From the NCBI GenBank assembly GCA_951406725.2, contig OX597815.1, positions 142,476,001 through 142,540,000 on the forward strand: 64,000 nt of DNA, given 5' to 3'. The notes beneath the pieces are model-generated. The model worked only from the letters and a program-made list of their open reading frames with translations, was not told the DNA's origin and ran no database searches. The DNA is from Octopus vulgaris. Its lineage: Eukaryota. The position numbers and the translations under genes were made by a program. Of this stretch, positions 39,904 through 54,829 are shown in pieces. Each line of letters opens with the position of its first letter. Position 1 is the stretch's first letter.

Positions 39904-40904
39904 TAATCTAACAACTTAAATATTTATGACACTAAAAATATAATTGTTTTGGTGATAAATGTTATTCGTCTTTGTAAACTCAAAACCATCTGCTGCCGCC
40001 TCATAGGAAAACGTATTAATTTCAACAAATCAAATAATTTCATCAATCTATTTATATGACAATCTTGAATCAACTAAAAGATTGAGTACGTACAAATAAA
40101 ACACTATAAACAAAGCAAACTACTTCATTTTCTCAGCAAATAGAACGTTTAAAAAAGATATTTCAGGTTTTCTTCGTCAAACCAACATACGCATATATGA
40201 ACGAACACATGAACTTTAACACAACAAAAACACTCCCATACTTATATATGTGTACTCTCGTATGTATATATATATATATGTATATACGTATTTTTATTTG
40301 TAGCTGATGTTTTGTGTTTAGTTTCTGTCATCCCTTGAAGACGAGGGTTTGTTCACTTATTCTCAAGCAAGTATTGAGTAAAAAGAAAAGACGATAGACA
40401 TTAGTATCGATATATGTTTGACTAAACACTTCAAAGCGTTTCTGTTTCTGCTCGCATTACCCTTTGCCTCCTCCTTTTCCCCGTTTGTTTGTGTTTACTG
40501 CTCGCTCAGTTGCTCGGTATCTCTTTGACAATGCACTTATTTTATTCACTCTCCTTGCTGCTCATATTCGTGCCCATTCACACGAGTGATCATCAATCAG
40601 GTGTTTTCTTAACAGATATTTAGTTAACTAACATGGATTTCAACACAACCACTTATGGTCCTACCTATATAGTTACCTACCTATTTATTTACGTTTACTT
40701 ACACACACACACACACACATGCCCACATACACACACACATACATGCACACATACACATACACACGCAAACACAAACATAGAAACCAATGCATATGTATAT
40801 AAACGTCAGTGTTTCATACTAAATACTGTTTGCGAGCAGTTAACTGGGAGTTTTGCCACTGATAAAATTCCTTATGGCCACGCTGCATTTATGTATTTAA
40901 GCAT

Positions 40905-40944
<40 letters not shown>

Positions 40945-40945
<1 letters not shown>

Positions 40946-41615
40946 ATGAGCCATCTTTCCATAACGCAAATACCGCACGTGCCACTGCCGTTGGTGTAGG
41001 GCTTACACTTGACTAAGATCTTCCAAATGATGTTGTAACTGACACCTTTATCTTTTAAGGGCCATATATGACTGGATAATTGGGTCATTTTCATTTTATC
41101 TCAGTGCCTGAAGCTCAGGTGTGATTATTGAATCTGTCCTTGATATCACCCTCTTTAAGGCCCACGTATTCCTTCGTCGAAACCGTGTCCTTAGTAGATA
41201 TAGAGTCCACGGTGACTTCATAAATGATGGTCTAGGACATGCAAGCTCCATTTAGCGGGCACAACTTTTTATCTTTGCATGAACAGTTGGTTTAATTTTG
41301 TATTTTTTGTGTGTTGTGCGTGATTATATTTTTCAAATTATTAGTTGTGCTGAAACGGATTTCTAAGTTATGTCTATTGAAGGGCTTTCTGTAATTATGG
41401 TTAACTGGAAAATGTCTATCTATCAGTGCTAAGAAGTAGTTGCCTATATTAAAGCTCACTTCGAGTGAGTAGGGGTGTGTGAACCAGATACTTTTCCTAT
41501 TCCTATGCTTTTCTTAATTATTGGACTGGTGGCAGGTGTATATGTTATTTCCTCGCTAAGTCCACTATCTTTTAAGGCCTTATTATATATTGGGGCAACG
41601 CTATTAAAAATGTCC
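40945..41615 (-). mobile_element. Penelope-like element: RT thumb/linker + GIY-YIG endonuclease (pseudogene)
   Basis: PIYNKALKDSG, IWF.HPYS, FLALIDRHFP, CSCKDKKLCPLNGAC, IIYEVTV..EYVG, TQLSSHIW.LK, CGICVMERWLI. Confidence 0.92.
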
Positions 41616-41616
41616 C

Positions 41617-42270
41617 GTGTGTATGTTTCAAGCGAGGGTGAACGAGCATATGCACATAGGCACATGCATGTGGGTGTGCGTGCGCGCATGTGTATTTATG
41701 GGCATGTGCGCATACGCGTTCGCCATGAGCATATTTATTCCTTTACATTTTATTCTTATTGCTAATTCTTTACACTTTTATTATTTCCTCTGTATTTTGC
41801 CTTTAGCCCTGTTTTTTCCTTGTGCATGTCCCTATATCGACGTGTGTATGAACCTTTTTTGTACGCGTGTGTATGTGTGCGAGCGTGTATGCGGATATAT
41901 ATACATATTTTTTGGTGAATGTGTTGGTGAGCATGTGTGTGTTTCAAGTGAGGGTGGATGAGTATATACACATAGGTACATGTACGTGAGTGTGCGGGCT
42001 CGCATGTGTATGTATGGACATACGCGCTTACGGGATTGCTATGAACATTTTTACTCTCTTACCTTTACTCCCTCCCCTCACCTAGTGGTCATTCTAATAG
42101 CTCTTTTGTCTTAATAACGGTCAATCACAGAGTAATTTCCATTTCTTTAACGGTCATTTTTATAGCATTTTTGATGGCCCTATAAATGAAGAGGTGTCGG
42201 CGTGGGTTTCCGCCCCGACATCCGAAACTCGGAACTTAATCATGGCTACCGAAAAACTGTCACATAATAT
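41617..42270 (+). mobile_element. Inverted PLE 3'UTR/pseudo-LTR with two ~140-bp imperfect repeats and a decayed hammerhead
   Basis: 41617-41757 resembles 41935-42070; ATGAAGA-GGTGTCGG..CCGACATCC-GAAAC at 42186-42228. Confidence 0.6.
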
Positions 42271-42689
42271 ATATTGCTTTGTCATTCCGCAATCGGTTCA
42301 GATCACAGCTTAATGAATACGGTACTTTAAATTTTTTAGCACGAGATACCCTTGCCATACACTCTTAAGCTTTGGAAATAAAGTATCTCATCCGTTTTTA
42401 CAAATCTTATGTTTGCTGCCTTTGGCTTTGGAAACTAGTGTGTTTTTGCATAGAGGCATCTGAAACTGCTGCTACTGTCAGCTCTGCTTTGTAATTTTTA
42501 TTCGCCATTGGATGAAAGAAAGTTCAAATTCTTTCATAAGGGTACTGCTTTCGGAAATATGAAAAACTTTGCCTAACGCTACTCGACTTTATTAATCACC
42601 ATCCACTCTTTTGAGACACTTTTATTTAAACCACAATGAGAGTTATTAATCAGAAAACTGACTATCCATGCACAAATCTTGGATTAACT

Positions 42690-42728
<39 letters not shown>

Positions 42729-42732
<4 letters not shown>

Positions 42733-42940
42733 ATCCAAACAAGAAAGCACAAAAAAAAAAACACAACAACGCGAAGATGTGGAACAATTATAGTATTATT
42801 GGACGCTCAGGAAAGAAGGAAAGAAGGAGGGTTTAACGTGTCGAGCGGAGCTCTTCGTCGGAAACATAGGAGAAGGAAAGATCCAGAGAAGGGAAGACAG
42901 AGGGAAAAAAATCGCCAACGGTACACACGCGGTCACATTT
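42729..42940 (-). mobile_element. PLE pseudo-LTR with a decayed hammerhead, abutting (TA)n
   Basis: Minus GTTT-CCGACGA-A-GAGC(TCC)GCTC-GACAC-GTT-AAAC at 42831-42865. Confidence 0.65.
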
Positions 42941-42959
42941 TGAAAGACCGGAAGGAAAA

Positions 42960-44667
42960 TGAGGGAGACGAAAAGGCGTTTGTGCAGTGTGTTCGTAAAT
43001 GGACTTTTGATCAACATTATGGCTTTTAAAGGGAAACGTTCTAATGTATTTTTTGATAACAACTGCATGTTTTTATATATATGCCTCATTCATTGGAGAT
43101 AACGCTAAGCTTGTTTAGAGGACCAGTCAACTGATAAAACCTAATGCATTTCTTGCCCAGGCCTTGGAGCGTATCACTGAGATATAGTTTGATAATGTCA
43201 TAAATTTAAAGTTTTCATGAAATGTCGTAGGAATTTGCGTTGTTTGATATTTCTACTGCTTTGCATATATTTATTTATTTTTTGATGTGAAAAGAAACAA
43301 TTTCCTTGAAGATTATGATTGTGTATGGAACTATATATTACCTCTTGGGAAGGCCGAGAGATATGATGGGAGAAGTGTATATTTTGCATACAGTACTATT
43401 GCAGTGTGCGGAATACATTTTTTTGTACAGATTGCCAATATGTGGAGTGTAGTATCACTTCTACATGCTCGCATATGTGCGTATATTGAGGAGTGAGGGA
43501 TTATATGTTTCTAATTTACTGGAAGAATATGAGGTGTATACTTTGCACAAAAGTGAAAGTAGATCAGTCTATGCACGATACAGCAACGTAGCCGTCTGTA
43601 AAATGTGTTCTGATGCAATAAAAGTGAGAAGCAATGTTTCACTAAGGCTTTATACTTGTCACTATCGAAATCTTTGCTTAATTACCGTAGCAAAATTGAT
43701 TTAGTATTCTAAAGAGAAGGAAATCTGCAGCCTGGTAAAGGACAGCATGTAAGAGCATGTAACAGCTGTAATTAGTAAAGCCATAAAGCAACAAAACGTT
43801 TGAGAAAAAATATAGCTTTAGTGTTTAAGGATGTTTTTATAAACTTTGAGATAAAGTGTGTCCTTTCAAAAAATGAGGACCATTGTTACATGTTGAAACA
43901 GAACTTTATTATTAAAGGGTTTATTAAAAGTAAGTGCTGTATGAAAGACTTGTTGAAGCATATGTTAAAGGCAAGTGACATAACTGGGGACAATGTATGT
44001 ATTAGTAATAATGTCTTAGATTAAGGGAGATGTCTGTCTTCCTATTTGGCAACTTTATGTTTGTGTTTGTCGGAAAGAAGTGTTTCCGGACGCATCTGAG
44101 TTTATATAGTTTATAACTTGGAAGCAATGACAGCAGATTTATCAGTAGTAGTTTCGTATGTATATCCCTCTTGGTTGCGGGACAGCGATTAGAATGACAA
44201 GCGGATATACTGTATTATTGTATTGGCAATAGTTCGAGAAGACTGAGATGAAATTTACAAGATTTGTGCATGGATAGTCAGTTTTCTGATTAATAACTCT
44301 CATTGTGGTTTAAATAAAAGTGTCTCAAAAGAGTGGATGGTGATTAATAAAGTCGAGTAGCGTTAGGCAAAGTGTTTCATATTTCCGAAAGCAGTACCCT
44401 TATGAAAGAATTTGAACTTTCTTTCATCCAATGGCGAATAAAAATTACAAAGCAGAGCTGACAGTAGCAGCAGTTTCAGATGCCTCTATGCAAAAACACA
44501 CTGGTTTCCAAAGCCAAAGGCAGCAAACATAAGATTTGTAAAAACGGATGAGATACTTTATTTCCAAAGCTTAAGAGTGTATGGCAAGGGTATCTCGTGC
44601 TAAAAAATTTAAAGTACCGTATTCATTAAGCTGTGATCTGAACCGATTGCGGAATGACAAAGCAATA
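42960..44667 (-). mobile_element. Very decayed Penelope-like 5' region and RT
   Basis: RKYEKLC...INHH N-terminal-like motif, AYIK, VDQKSIY (cf. DVKSLY, RT motif A). Confidence 0.4.
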
Positions 44668-45316
44668 GAGTTCGTGTTCATATATGATCTCTATATGATA
44701 AATAATTATATATTTGTCATGAAAGCGTAGTATGAAGGAAATTGTATAATGTGAGGCAAAATTTTGTATAAAAAGTTTACGTAATTTATGTGGTTTAAAT
44801 GCGCAAGAAATACACTGAATTTTTCAACTTTTAAAATACAATAAATCATGTATACTTATTAACTAGTCTTTATTCAAGATATTTAATTTGGGTGATATCA
44901 ATGTTTTCCATAGTATGAACTAAAATCAATAACAAAAAAGAAATCGGAAAAAGAAAATAAGGCAAGATAAAAAACGAGTCTCTGTCGAGACACATTGGAG
45001 ACAGGCTTTTAATTACTAATTTAAAATATAACTTTTAAGCTCTTGCACACTACAGGATGGAATCAGGTAGAATCAAACTTTCCTAATCTTAATTCAGAAA
45101 GATGTTCAGAAAGTAACCAAGCTACAATTTTTCAAGATGTCTTTTTCCTAGATTTAAATTTTGATGCAGATAGAGAAATTATTTTATTCTTTCCGCCCAA
45201 GGCCGATAGATTGAGCATATTATTTTGCTTTAGGCCCTAAGATATCTATGGACTTTTATGGGCACGATTCATCTTCCACCAGGTCTGATAGGATATATAT
45301 ATATATATATATATAT

Positions 45317-47117
<1,801 letters not shown>

Positions 47118-47120
<3 letters not shown>

Positions 47121-47330
47121 CTTTTACATGTTTCAGTCATTTCACTGCAATCATGCTAGTGCACCGCCTTAAAGAGTTTTTAGTCGAAGATTTCGACACC
47201 AAGACTTATTGTTTGTAAGTCTAGTACATATTCTATCGTTTATTTCTGCTGAACCGCTTCGTTACAGGGACATAAACACACCAACATCGGTTGTCAAGTG
47301 GTGGTGGGTGACAAACACACGCAAAGACAC
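47118..47330 (-). mobile_element. SINE family B 3' half
   Basis: Homology to other family B copies. Confidence 0.8.
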
Positions 47331-47831
47331 CCACACATAAATATATATATATATACATATATACACATGTGACACAATTACTTCAGACTGTAAAACCATA
47401 CATGATAGAATACACCCAATTCGAGTAAAAAAAAAAATGAAAATTTTATTTTGCATACTGCATTTAATTTATAATTCTATACTTAGCGATGTGGCTGTAG
47501 TTATTTTTATTGTTGTTACTACGTATATACAATTGTTTGAATTTCTGGCCATGCTCTTTTTAATATTTTAACAATTTATGACACATCTTTGAAACATTTC
47601 ACGAAATGTAAAGCTACTATTCCAATAAACAATCAAGGAAGTGAAATTAATTTCCCGATTTTTCAGAGGACAGCTGTCATATATGATGCTTATACATCTT
47701 TCCTAAGTTTACACATACAAATAATTGTATATTTAGATTTTGTATTAAGTCTTCTTTGTTTTTTCTTTCTATTTCTGATGGTGGTCGAAGTTTGGCATAT
47801 ATATGTATGAGCATGTATTTTTATGTGTAAG

Positions 47832-47834
<3 letters not shown>

Positions 47835-47873
<39 letters not shown>

Positions 47874-47918
47874 GTATATACATACATATATATATATGTA
47901 TATATATATATATATGTA

Positions 47919-47996
<78 letters not shown>

Positions 47997-48160
47997 CATA
48001 CATATATATATATATATATACATACATACATATATATATATACACATATGTATATATATATATACATACACACATATATAATATACTTACATATAGAAAT
48101 ACATACACATATACGAACACACACGCACACACATGCATATAAACACACACCCGCACACAT
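47835..48160. repeat. Long (TA)/(CA) microsatellite
   Basis: Directly visible. Confidence 0.95.
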
Positions 48161-48814
48161 ATCATTTTGTCAAGAATATGTCCATCTAGTGTTCATATCT
48201 TTGGTCGTATTAAAAAGGAAATTAAGCAAGTGCTTATTTTTGTCACTTTTTAAAATATATTTACTTTTTCATTTGTGAATTTCGTATCAACGTGTGTGTG
48301 TATGTCTCTGTTTCCGTGTGTGCGCGCGCGTGTATTTGAGACACAGAGTTGGCAGAATGTTACAAAGAATGCCTAGCATATTTGTTCTGTTTCTCTAGAT
48401 TCTGTGTTCAAACATCATCGAGATCAACTTCATCTTCCATCCTCTCGTGATCGATAACAAATAACTACCAATACAACAGAGGGATTATAAAATGTCAGAC
48501 CGAATACATTGAGGAATTTATTTAAGCTGTTTCTTTTCAGATATCAGATCAGGCTGTCTCTTTCCATCCTAACTCTGCAATTGGCTCGGCACCCACTATC
48601 TCGTTGTTTCGTAGCCGAGAACTGCTTTATCACTCTTCTAACTTCTTTACGTACACCAAATAACTGGATTCTATTCTCCACCACGCTACCTCTTCCATGC
48701 CTACAATTGAAAGACACACACGTCTCCATAATCTAAATCTTACTACCTGTCCATTGACTGTACCATCTATTCTGCTCAACTTTTTGCTACTTTTCTTCAC
48801 CCTCTAAGAACATC

Positions 48815-48980
48815 CTAAGGTGCACAGAACCAGGCAATATAGCTGTGGATGACTAAAAGTGATTTAAAACCGGAAACGGAAACTAATCTGTGCTGCCCAA
48901 GAGCAAGTACTGAGAACAAACTACATAAAATACAGACTAGACAACACATCATAAAGTGGTAAGTGCAGAATCTGTGGGTC
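48815..48980 (+). mobile_element. Inverted continuation of the R4/Dong element at 49505-51060
   Basis: LWMTKSDLKPETE.LICAAQEQVLRTNYIKYRLDNTS*SGKCRICG. Confidence 0.85.
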
Positions 48981-49332
48981 TGCTTAGGAGGTTGTTGTGT
49001 CATTTTCGTTATAATGTTTCAAGTTTCAGAGATCACTCACTTGTGCCTAATTATAAGTATACACCTTCAAACTTTAGCTTAATGGTTTTTCTGTAATATC
49101 TATTGAAAAATAGCCATATGTTGGCTTATACGAATATGTATTTGATTTCACTGCATGGTAAGACGTTTGCTGGCCAACTAGATGGTTCCAGGTTCAGTGC
49201 CGCTGAGTGATACCTTGGTCAAATTTCTTTTACCATAATTGCCTGACCATTCATATATGGATGTGTGTGTGTGTGTGTATGATGACTTTCTGTCTGTGTT
49301 ACCACCCCGCCTAAACCTTAAATTTTAATTCA

Positions 49333-49460
49333 ACTCCAGCCTTCATCAGGTGTCTAGGGGAAATTTTGATCCTAGGTTTTCATTCCTAAGTTATCGAACT
49401 CGGAATATTGTGTTAGTAGCCCATGCTCTTAACCACTACGCAATATGCCCGTGGGCAATT
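49333..49460 (-). mobile_element. tRNA(Ser)-like SINE head running into a truncated hammerhead core
   Basis: Minus TGCGTAGTGGTTAAGAGCATGGGCTACTAAC...GAGTTCGAT...GACAC-CTGATGA-AGGCTGGAG. Confidence 0.6.
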
Positions 49461-49504
49461 ACGGAGTGAATTTTAGAATAAAGCATCTGCTGAAGTGCAT
49501 TGGA

Positions 49505-51060
49505 ATTGCCTGGTTCTGTGCACCTTAGCTTCAACATCGCTATGAAATTGACCATTAATTCTTTTCTTTACCAACCTATTTTTAGTTTTATTCGTTTTCA
49601 ATTTATTGTATACTACTTTAACTTTGCAATTTTTCATTCTACACAAGCCTGGCCTTCTTCTAATAATAGCGGTTCTGTGGCATTTTTTACACACCATACT
49701 TTGTTGCTTGCTTCTGCTCTAATGATGTGTTCGCATCCAATAAGTCTTCTTCCCCCTCTTTTTCTTGGTAGATACAGCATGTCTATGTCACGTTTTGGAT
49801 GGAGTGTCCCATATCTAGTTAGCAACTTCCTTGTCTTTCTGTCTAAGCTATTTAGTTCGTCTACTGCCCATGCGATTAACGCTGCTCCATACTTAGGGAG
49901 TGACACCGCTTAGTTGTTGATAGCTTCAATCTTATTCCGTCCGTTTAATTTCAACTTAAGGATCACTTTCAATCTGCGCAAGTAGTCTATATTACATTTT
50001 TCTGTCATTTCTTTCTCCATCAATTTATCCATTTCCAAAATCCCCAAGTACTTATAGCCTGTCCCTTCTATCTACTTCATAACCTCCCCCGAACGTATCG
50101 TTAGCCCGCCCATACATCTGATTTTACCTCCCTTCCAGACTAACACAGCACACTTTCTCAGTCCGAAATCCAATGTGATACCAGCATTGAAGGAATACAC
50201 TGTATTCATTTTTACTATAAAGTTTGATGTCATCCATGAATAACAAATGCTTAACTTCTTGTTGGCGGCTTTTGACTACATACCCAACTTTTGCCTTCCT
50301 CAGAATCAGTGTTACTGGTATCGAGCACAGTAAAAAGATCAGTGGGGACAGGCAGTCCCCTTAGAAGATACCCCTTCAAATTTCTACTGTCCCTAAACTT
50401 CTTCCGCATGCTGTCAGGTCCATTCTTCTATTCACCATACTTTTTCCAAGCAATTGCTCAACTTTTAATGCAATACCAAATAGGTTCATAGACGCCATAA
50501 TCCAAAAATGTGGGATCATATGGTACGCCTTACGATAGTCGAACCATGACATGGCTAAGTTACTTTTCCTCCTCTTGCAGTTTCTAAGTACAGTTTTCTC
50601 TATCAGGAGCTGATCCGTGGTACCTCTGCACTTGCGCAGGCAATCCTTCTTCTCATGTGGCACGAATCCATGTTTTTCCAGATGCTCGTACATTGACTCT
50701 GCGAGTATTCCAGTCAATAACGTCCACATAAGTGGCAAACAGGATATCAGCCCGTTATTGTCTACCGTATTGCCTTTTTCAGTGTTTTTCAAGCCCTGCA
50801 CTGTCCTACCCAATGTCAAACACTCTGGTGTCTTTTGGTTGGCATTTAACAAGGTGTTGCCTTGTACTCCATCAAGTGCCGGGGTCTTCCAGTTGCTAAT
50901 TTTTTTGCTGATTTCCTTCACTTCCCTAACTGAAATGATTAGTTCTGCCTGTTGTCGACAAACTAATGTTTCAGTTCTTGCAAATATTCAACATCTTTCT
51001 TGTGCCCTTTGTCTTTGCTCCACATGTCACTCCAGAAACTTTGACTTTCATTGTTATCTA
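49505..51060 (-). mobile_element. R4/Dong-clade retrotransposon RT domain (pseudogene)
   Basis: NWKTPALDGVQG, LISCLPLMWTLLTG, RGTTDQLLIEK, WFDYRKAYHMIPH, HLLFMDDIKLY, YKYLG, LHPKRDIDMLYLPRKRGGRRL, NGQFH. Confidence 0.93.
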
Positions 51061-51239
51061 GTATCAACTTTTTATCTGTACACTCTCCATTTATTTCTTT
51101 ATAGTGTGGTGGTCCCTTTCTGGATATCGACAGGCTGAAGCCGGACCAGAATCTCTGAGCCTGCCGGGTGGAACATTGTCACCATCATTGACTTCAGTTT
51201 TATTACCATCGTTATTCACAATATTTTGTGTTTTCATCA

Positions 51240-51400
51240 TCACGCTGGACGAGAGGCTTAGTGACATTTCGCCCATCGCTCTGCTCTGAGTTCAAAATTC
51301 CGCCACGGTCGACAAGAATCAGTTGAACACTGGGATGGATGGAATCGACTTATACCACCTCCAAATAAATGGCTGCACTTGTGGCAAAATTTGAAACTAA

Positions 51401-51485
<85 letters not shown>

Positions 51486-51700
51486 AAAGCTGTGACCTGG
51501 CAGAATCGTTAGAGCTCTGGACGAAATGGTTAGCAGTATTTCACTCGTCGCTACGTTCTTAGTTCAAATTCCACAGAGGTTGACTTTACCTTTCATCCTT
51601 TCGATGTCGATAACATTAGTACCATTTGAACACTGGTGTCGATGTAATTGACTCATGCCTTCCCCTAAATTGCTTGCCTTGTGCCAAAACTTTAAACTAT
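51240..51700 (+). mobile_element. Two tandem decayed SINE-A copies separated by (ATT)n (51400-51482)
   Basis: GAGTTCAAA.TTCC / GTCGAC cores. Confidence 0.75.
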
Positions 51701-53189
51701 CATTGTTATTATCAGCACTTTATTAATCTCGGTATATCGATTTATACATCTAATGAGTTCAAAACAGTTGGTTGGTTGAAGAATAATATGAACCCGAAAG
51801 CTGTTTTCACTTTTCATGCTTATAATTGTATCGATTTTCCGCTGGCCCTCTGTATATAAATTGAGCTAAATAGATACTTTAGACATTCATGCTTTGTTTG
51901 CTCTGTACAATTTCAGCATAGAGCGAAAAATTAGAGATCGATTGATGAAAGGTGTACCCTGTATAACAGGGTATTTCATAACACTAGTTTTAAATACAAT
52001 TGCACTCTGAACCAGTAACAGTAATATAAACGATTATTAGTGAGATGGCAATGATATAAAGATTATAGTCTCTACCATCAGACTTTTGATATCAGAGATC
52101 AACTTATTCAAACACGGGTATATACTCATACATATTCACACATATTCATATGCATATATAATGCGTATATGTGTTTTTGCGTGTATGTGTGAGTTTTGTG
52201 TTATATAGAATCTGCTGCTTTCAAATTAGGAAGTATGTATACGTCGACCATATAAACTGTAAAATAAGGACAAAATAACACAGGAAATAAAGTGAACAAA
52301 ATGAGGTTTCAAAATATTGTAAGAGAAACGATAGTGGAAGGCATTTAAAGAAAATACCGAATGTAAATCAAGAAACTCATTGATCTTCTAAAAATTTTTA
52401 AACGCATAAATATGGATGTGGGGGTGGGGGTATGTTATTGTGTGCGCGCATGCGTGTGTATTTGTGTGCAGATTTCTTATAAATGTATAACAGGAGTATA
52501 TCGATCGTAACTGATTCTCTTTTAAAAAGGTGCTGTCATATTTAACAATGCTTATCAAACCAATATTAACAAAATAAATTATTTAAATCATTGTCAAATA
52601 TTTATAAATTTACTGAACATCATAGCAATAACATCAACTCCTCGCGTTGATGTTTCCTTTATCTGCTGCGTCTAAATGATATATGGCATTTCATTTTTTC
52701 TGGAAGTATTTCTTTCGTGAATTATTTCTTTTCGAATGTTCGTTATCTAGTTTAATATAAGCTGATATAAGCTTTATAGCGATAATTATGAAAATCATAC
52801 ATATAACATCCTGTAACATGTCAACATTCCATTGATTTTCACTTGTCATCTTTCTTAATTTTACCACAGAAAGTATATGAGTTTCAATGAGTTTCACTAT
52901 AATTAACACTTTAATATAAAACGACTTGGTTTTCACTCTTCAGCCAAGCTTTTGTGTGATGACAACCTGCTAGATGTATCAGTCTTATCGCCATTAGGTA
53001 TTGTCTACACCCTTATATTAGAAAGAAAAATGCAGTACATAATGAAATCAGTGATGGTAACAGTTGGAATGGCTTCCATTTTTTGTTTATGTTGATCAGG
53101 ACATAGCTGTGGCTAAACCTCAACAAAAGAGTTTTGTAATAGCATCTGCAAGTTTATATATTTTCCACAAACAGACATCACTGTGTATC

Positions 53190-53550
53190 TAAGAAACTCC
53201 CTTTGCAACATCGTTGTTTTCGATTCGGTCCCACTTCTCGGCCCCATGGGCAAGTGTCTTCTTGCCCACGTTGACCAATAGATTTGTGAGTGAAATTGGT
53301 GGGGAAGCTCGTCGTTTAGATATTTATGTATATCTCGATATGTGTATATGTGTGTCTTTGTGTCTCTATTTGCTTTCCACTACCGATTTACTACTGATGT
53401 CGGGTTGTTTATGAGGTCATAACTTATACGGTTTTGCCCAATACCCGACAGACTAAACATCAAATTTGAAATAAGTACAAGCATCAGTTTGCTTCACATA
53501 ATCCTTCCAGGCGGTACCTCAAAATGGTCGCAGTCCAATGACTGGGGCAA
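53190..53550 (+). mobile_element. Old SINE family B copy
   Basis: GGGCAAGTGTCTTCT, TTGTGAGTGAAATTGGT and CGCAGTCCAATGACTG motifs. Confidence 0.65.
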
Positions 53551-54680
53551 AAGGAGTATATAAAGTAAGTTATACGTGTTGCAATACGAAATTTGGAACG
53601 ACTGACGAAACAAAGCAAGCCTAGCTTCTTTAATGTTCAATATATATAATATTTTACATGGACCAACCTGATTACATTATTTTCCTGTGCTATCGTTCAC
53701 TTCTTTTCAGCTGCTACATTTTTATTGCAGCCTTTTCCTATGAGATCTGATATAATGAACTATTAATTACAAACCGGCTGGTGAGAGATTTTGAGACCAA
53801 TATTCAGATATTTGTAGTTGAGAACAATGAAAGTGAAATTTGCGCATATTTCATTTTGTAGGAAGCAAATTGTATTAGCCTAACAGATCCATAATTTCCT
53901 CGAAGAAACCCTTAATAGATTCTGCTAATATGAAATCTAATTTGCACTTCGGAAGCAACATGTCAATGCAATGATAACAGGGTTTAATGAATTTCATAGG
54001 ATGAAAATCATTCTTTGATGTGATCATTATGTTGAGCCTTTTGTCGGAACATATGCACAAATTAAAGACGGTGCTAGAAATATCAGATAGACCCCATTCG
54101 ATACGAAGACCTAATTAATAATATTTACAGCAAATAACTCAATTAAAGAGAAAGCCTTTGCATCAAGACATTCTCAACAGAATACAGATTTCAGTCGGTA
54201 TTTAGCATTAATTCTCCTGATCATGTACTCTTCAGAATTACAATCTATATATGAAATTACTATATGCTATCGATTTTATCGATCTTACAATGTGGGCGTT
54301 CCACATAGAAACCTTTAATATTATGTTATTTTAAAGACATATTTGCCACAGAATATGTAAAGTCTACAAAGCTGAAAATATAAAAAAATATTCTCTGTTA
54401 CGGCATGTTAGATGCCAAAAAAAATGGGTCATTCAACGATTAATGTTTTTTTGTACAAAACAGAAGCGTTTTTATTTAGATGCGATTTCGAATTAGCTTA
54501 ACAACATCAATAAACTGCGAATTAAAATGCCGTATCAGCATTCATACATTTTAAATTTATATGCATGAATGATTAGAATTTGTATACTCGTTGATATCCT
54601 GGACCAAACATAGAGAATAAGTCGGCACCATAGTTACAACAACACAATTTTTTTCTTGTGTTTAAACTACTTTTTCCCTC

Positions 54681-54828
54681 ATAATAATAATAATAATTAT
54701 TATTATTGAGTGAGAGAACAGTGCATGGCATCAAAGTGATACTGGGGTAAAATATACGAAGCCCAGTATACCCATCATGACTACCCGTCTGATAAAGGTA
54801 CACTAGGCACATGCATTACAACCATATA
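54681..54828 (-). mobile_element. 5'-truncated copy of the (TAA)n-associated repeat at 3710-4234
   Basis: Reverse complement of ~4110-4234 plus a TAA tail. Confidence 0.88.
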
Positions 54829-54829
54829 T

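Larger units (their letters stand above)
42272..44667. repeat. 410-bp inverted repeat pair (42272-42681 / 44258-44667)
   Basis: Reverse-complement identity with two substitutions seen and no indels. Confidence 0.95.

Noticed and set aside
40337-40370. TTGAAGA-CGAG...CTC hammerhead-like remnant
   Set aside because: No GAAA half and the core is mismatched
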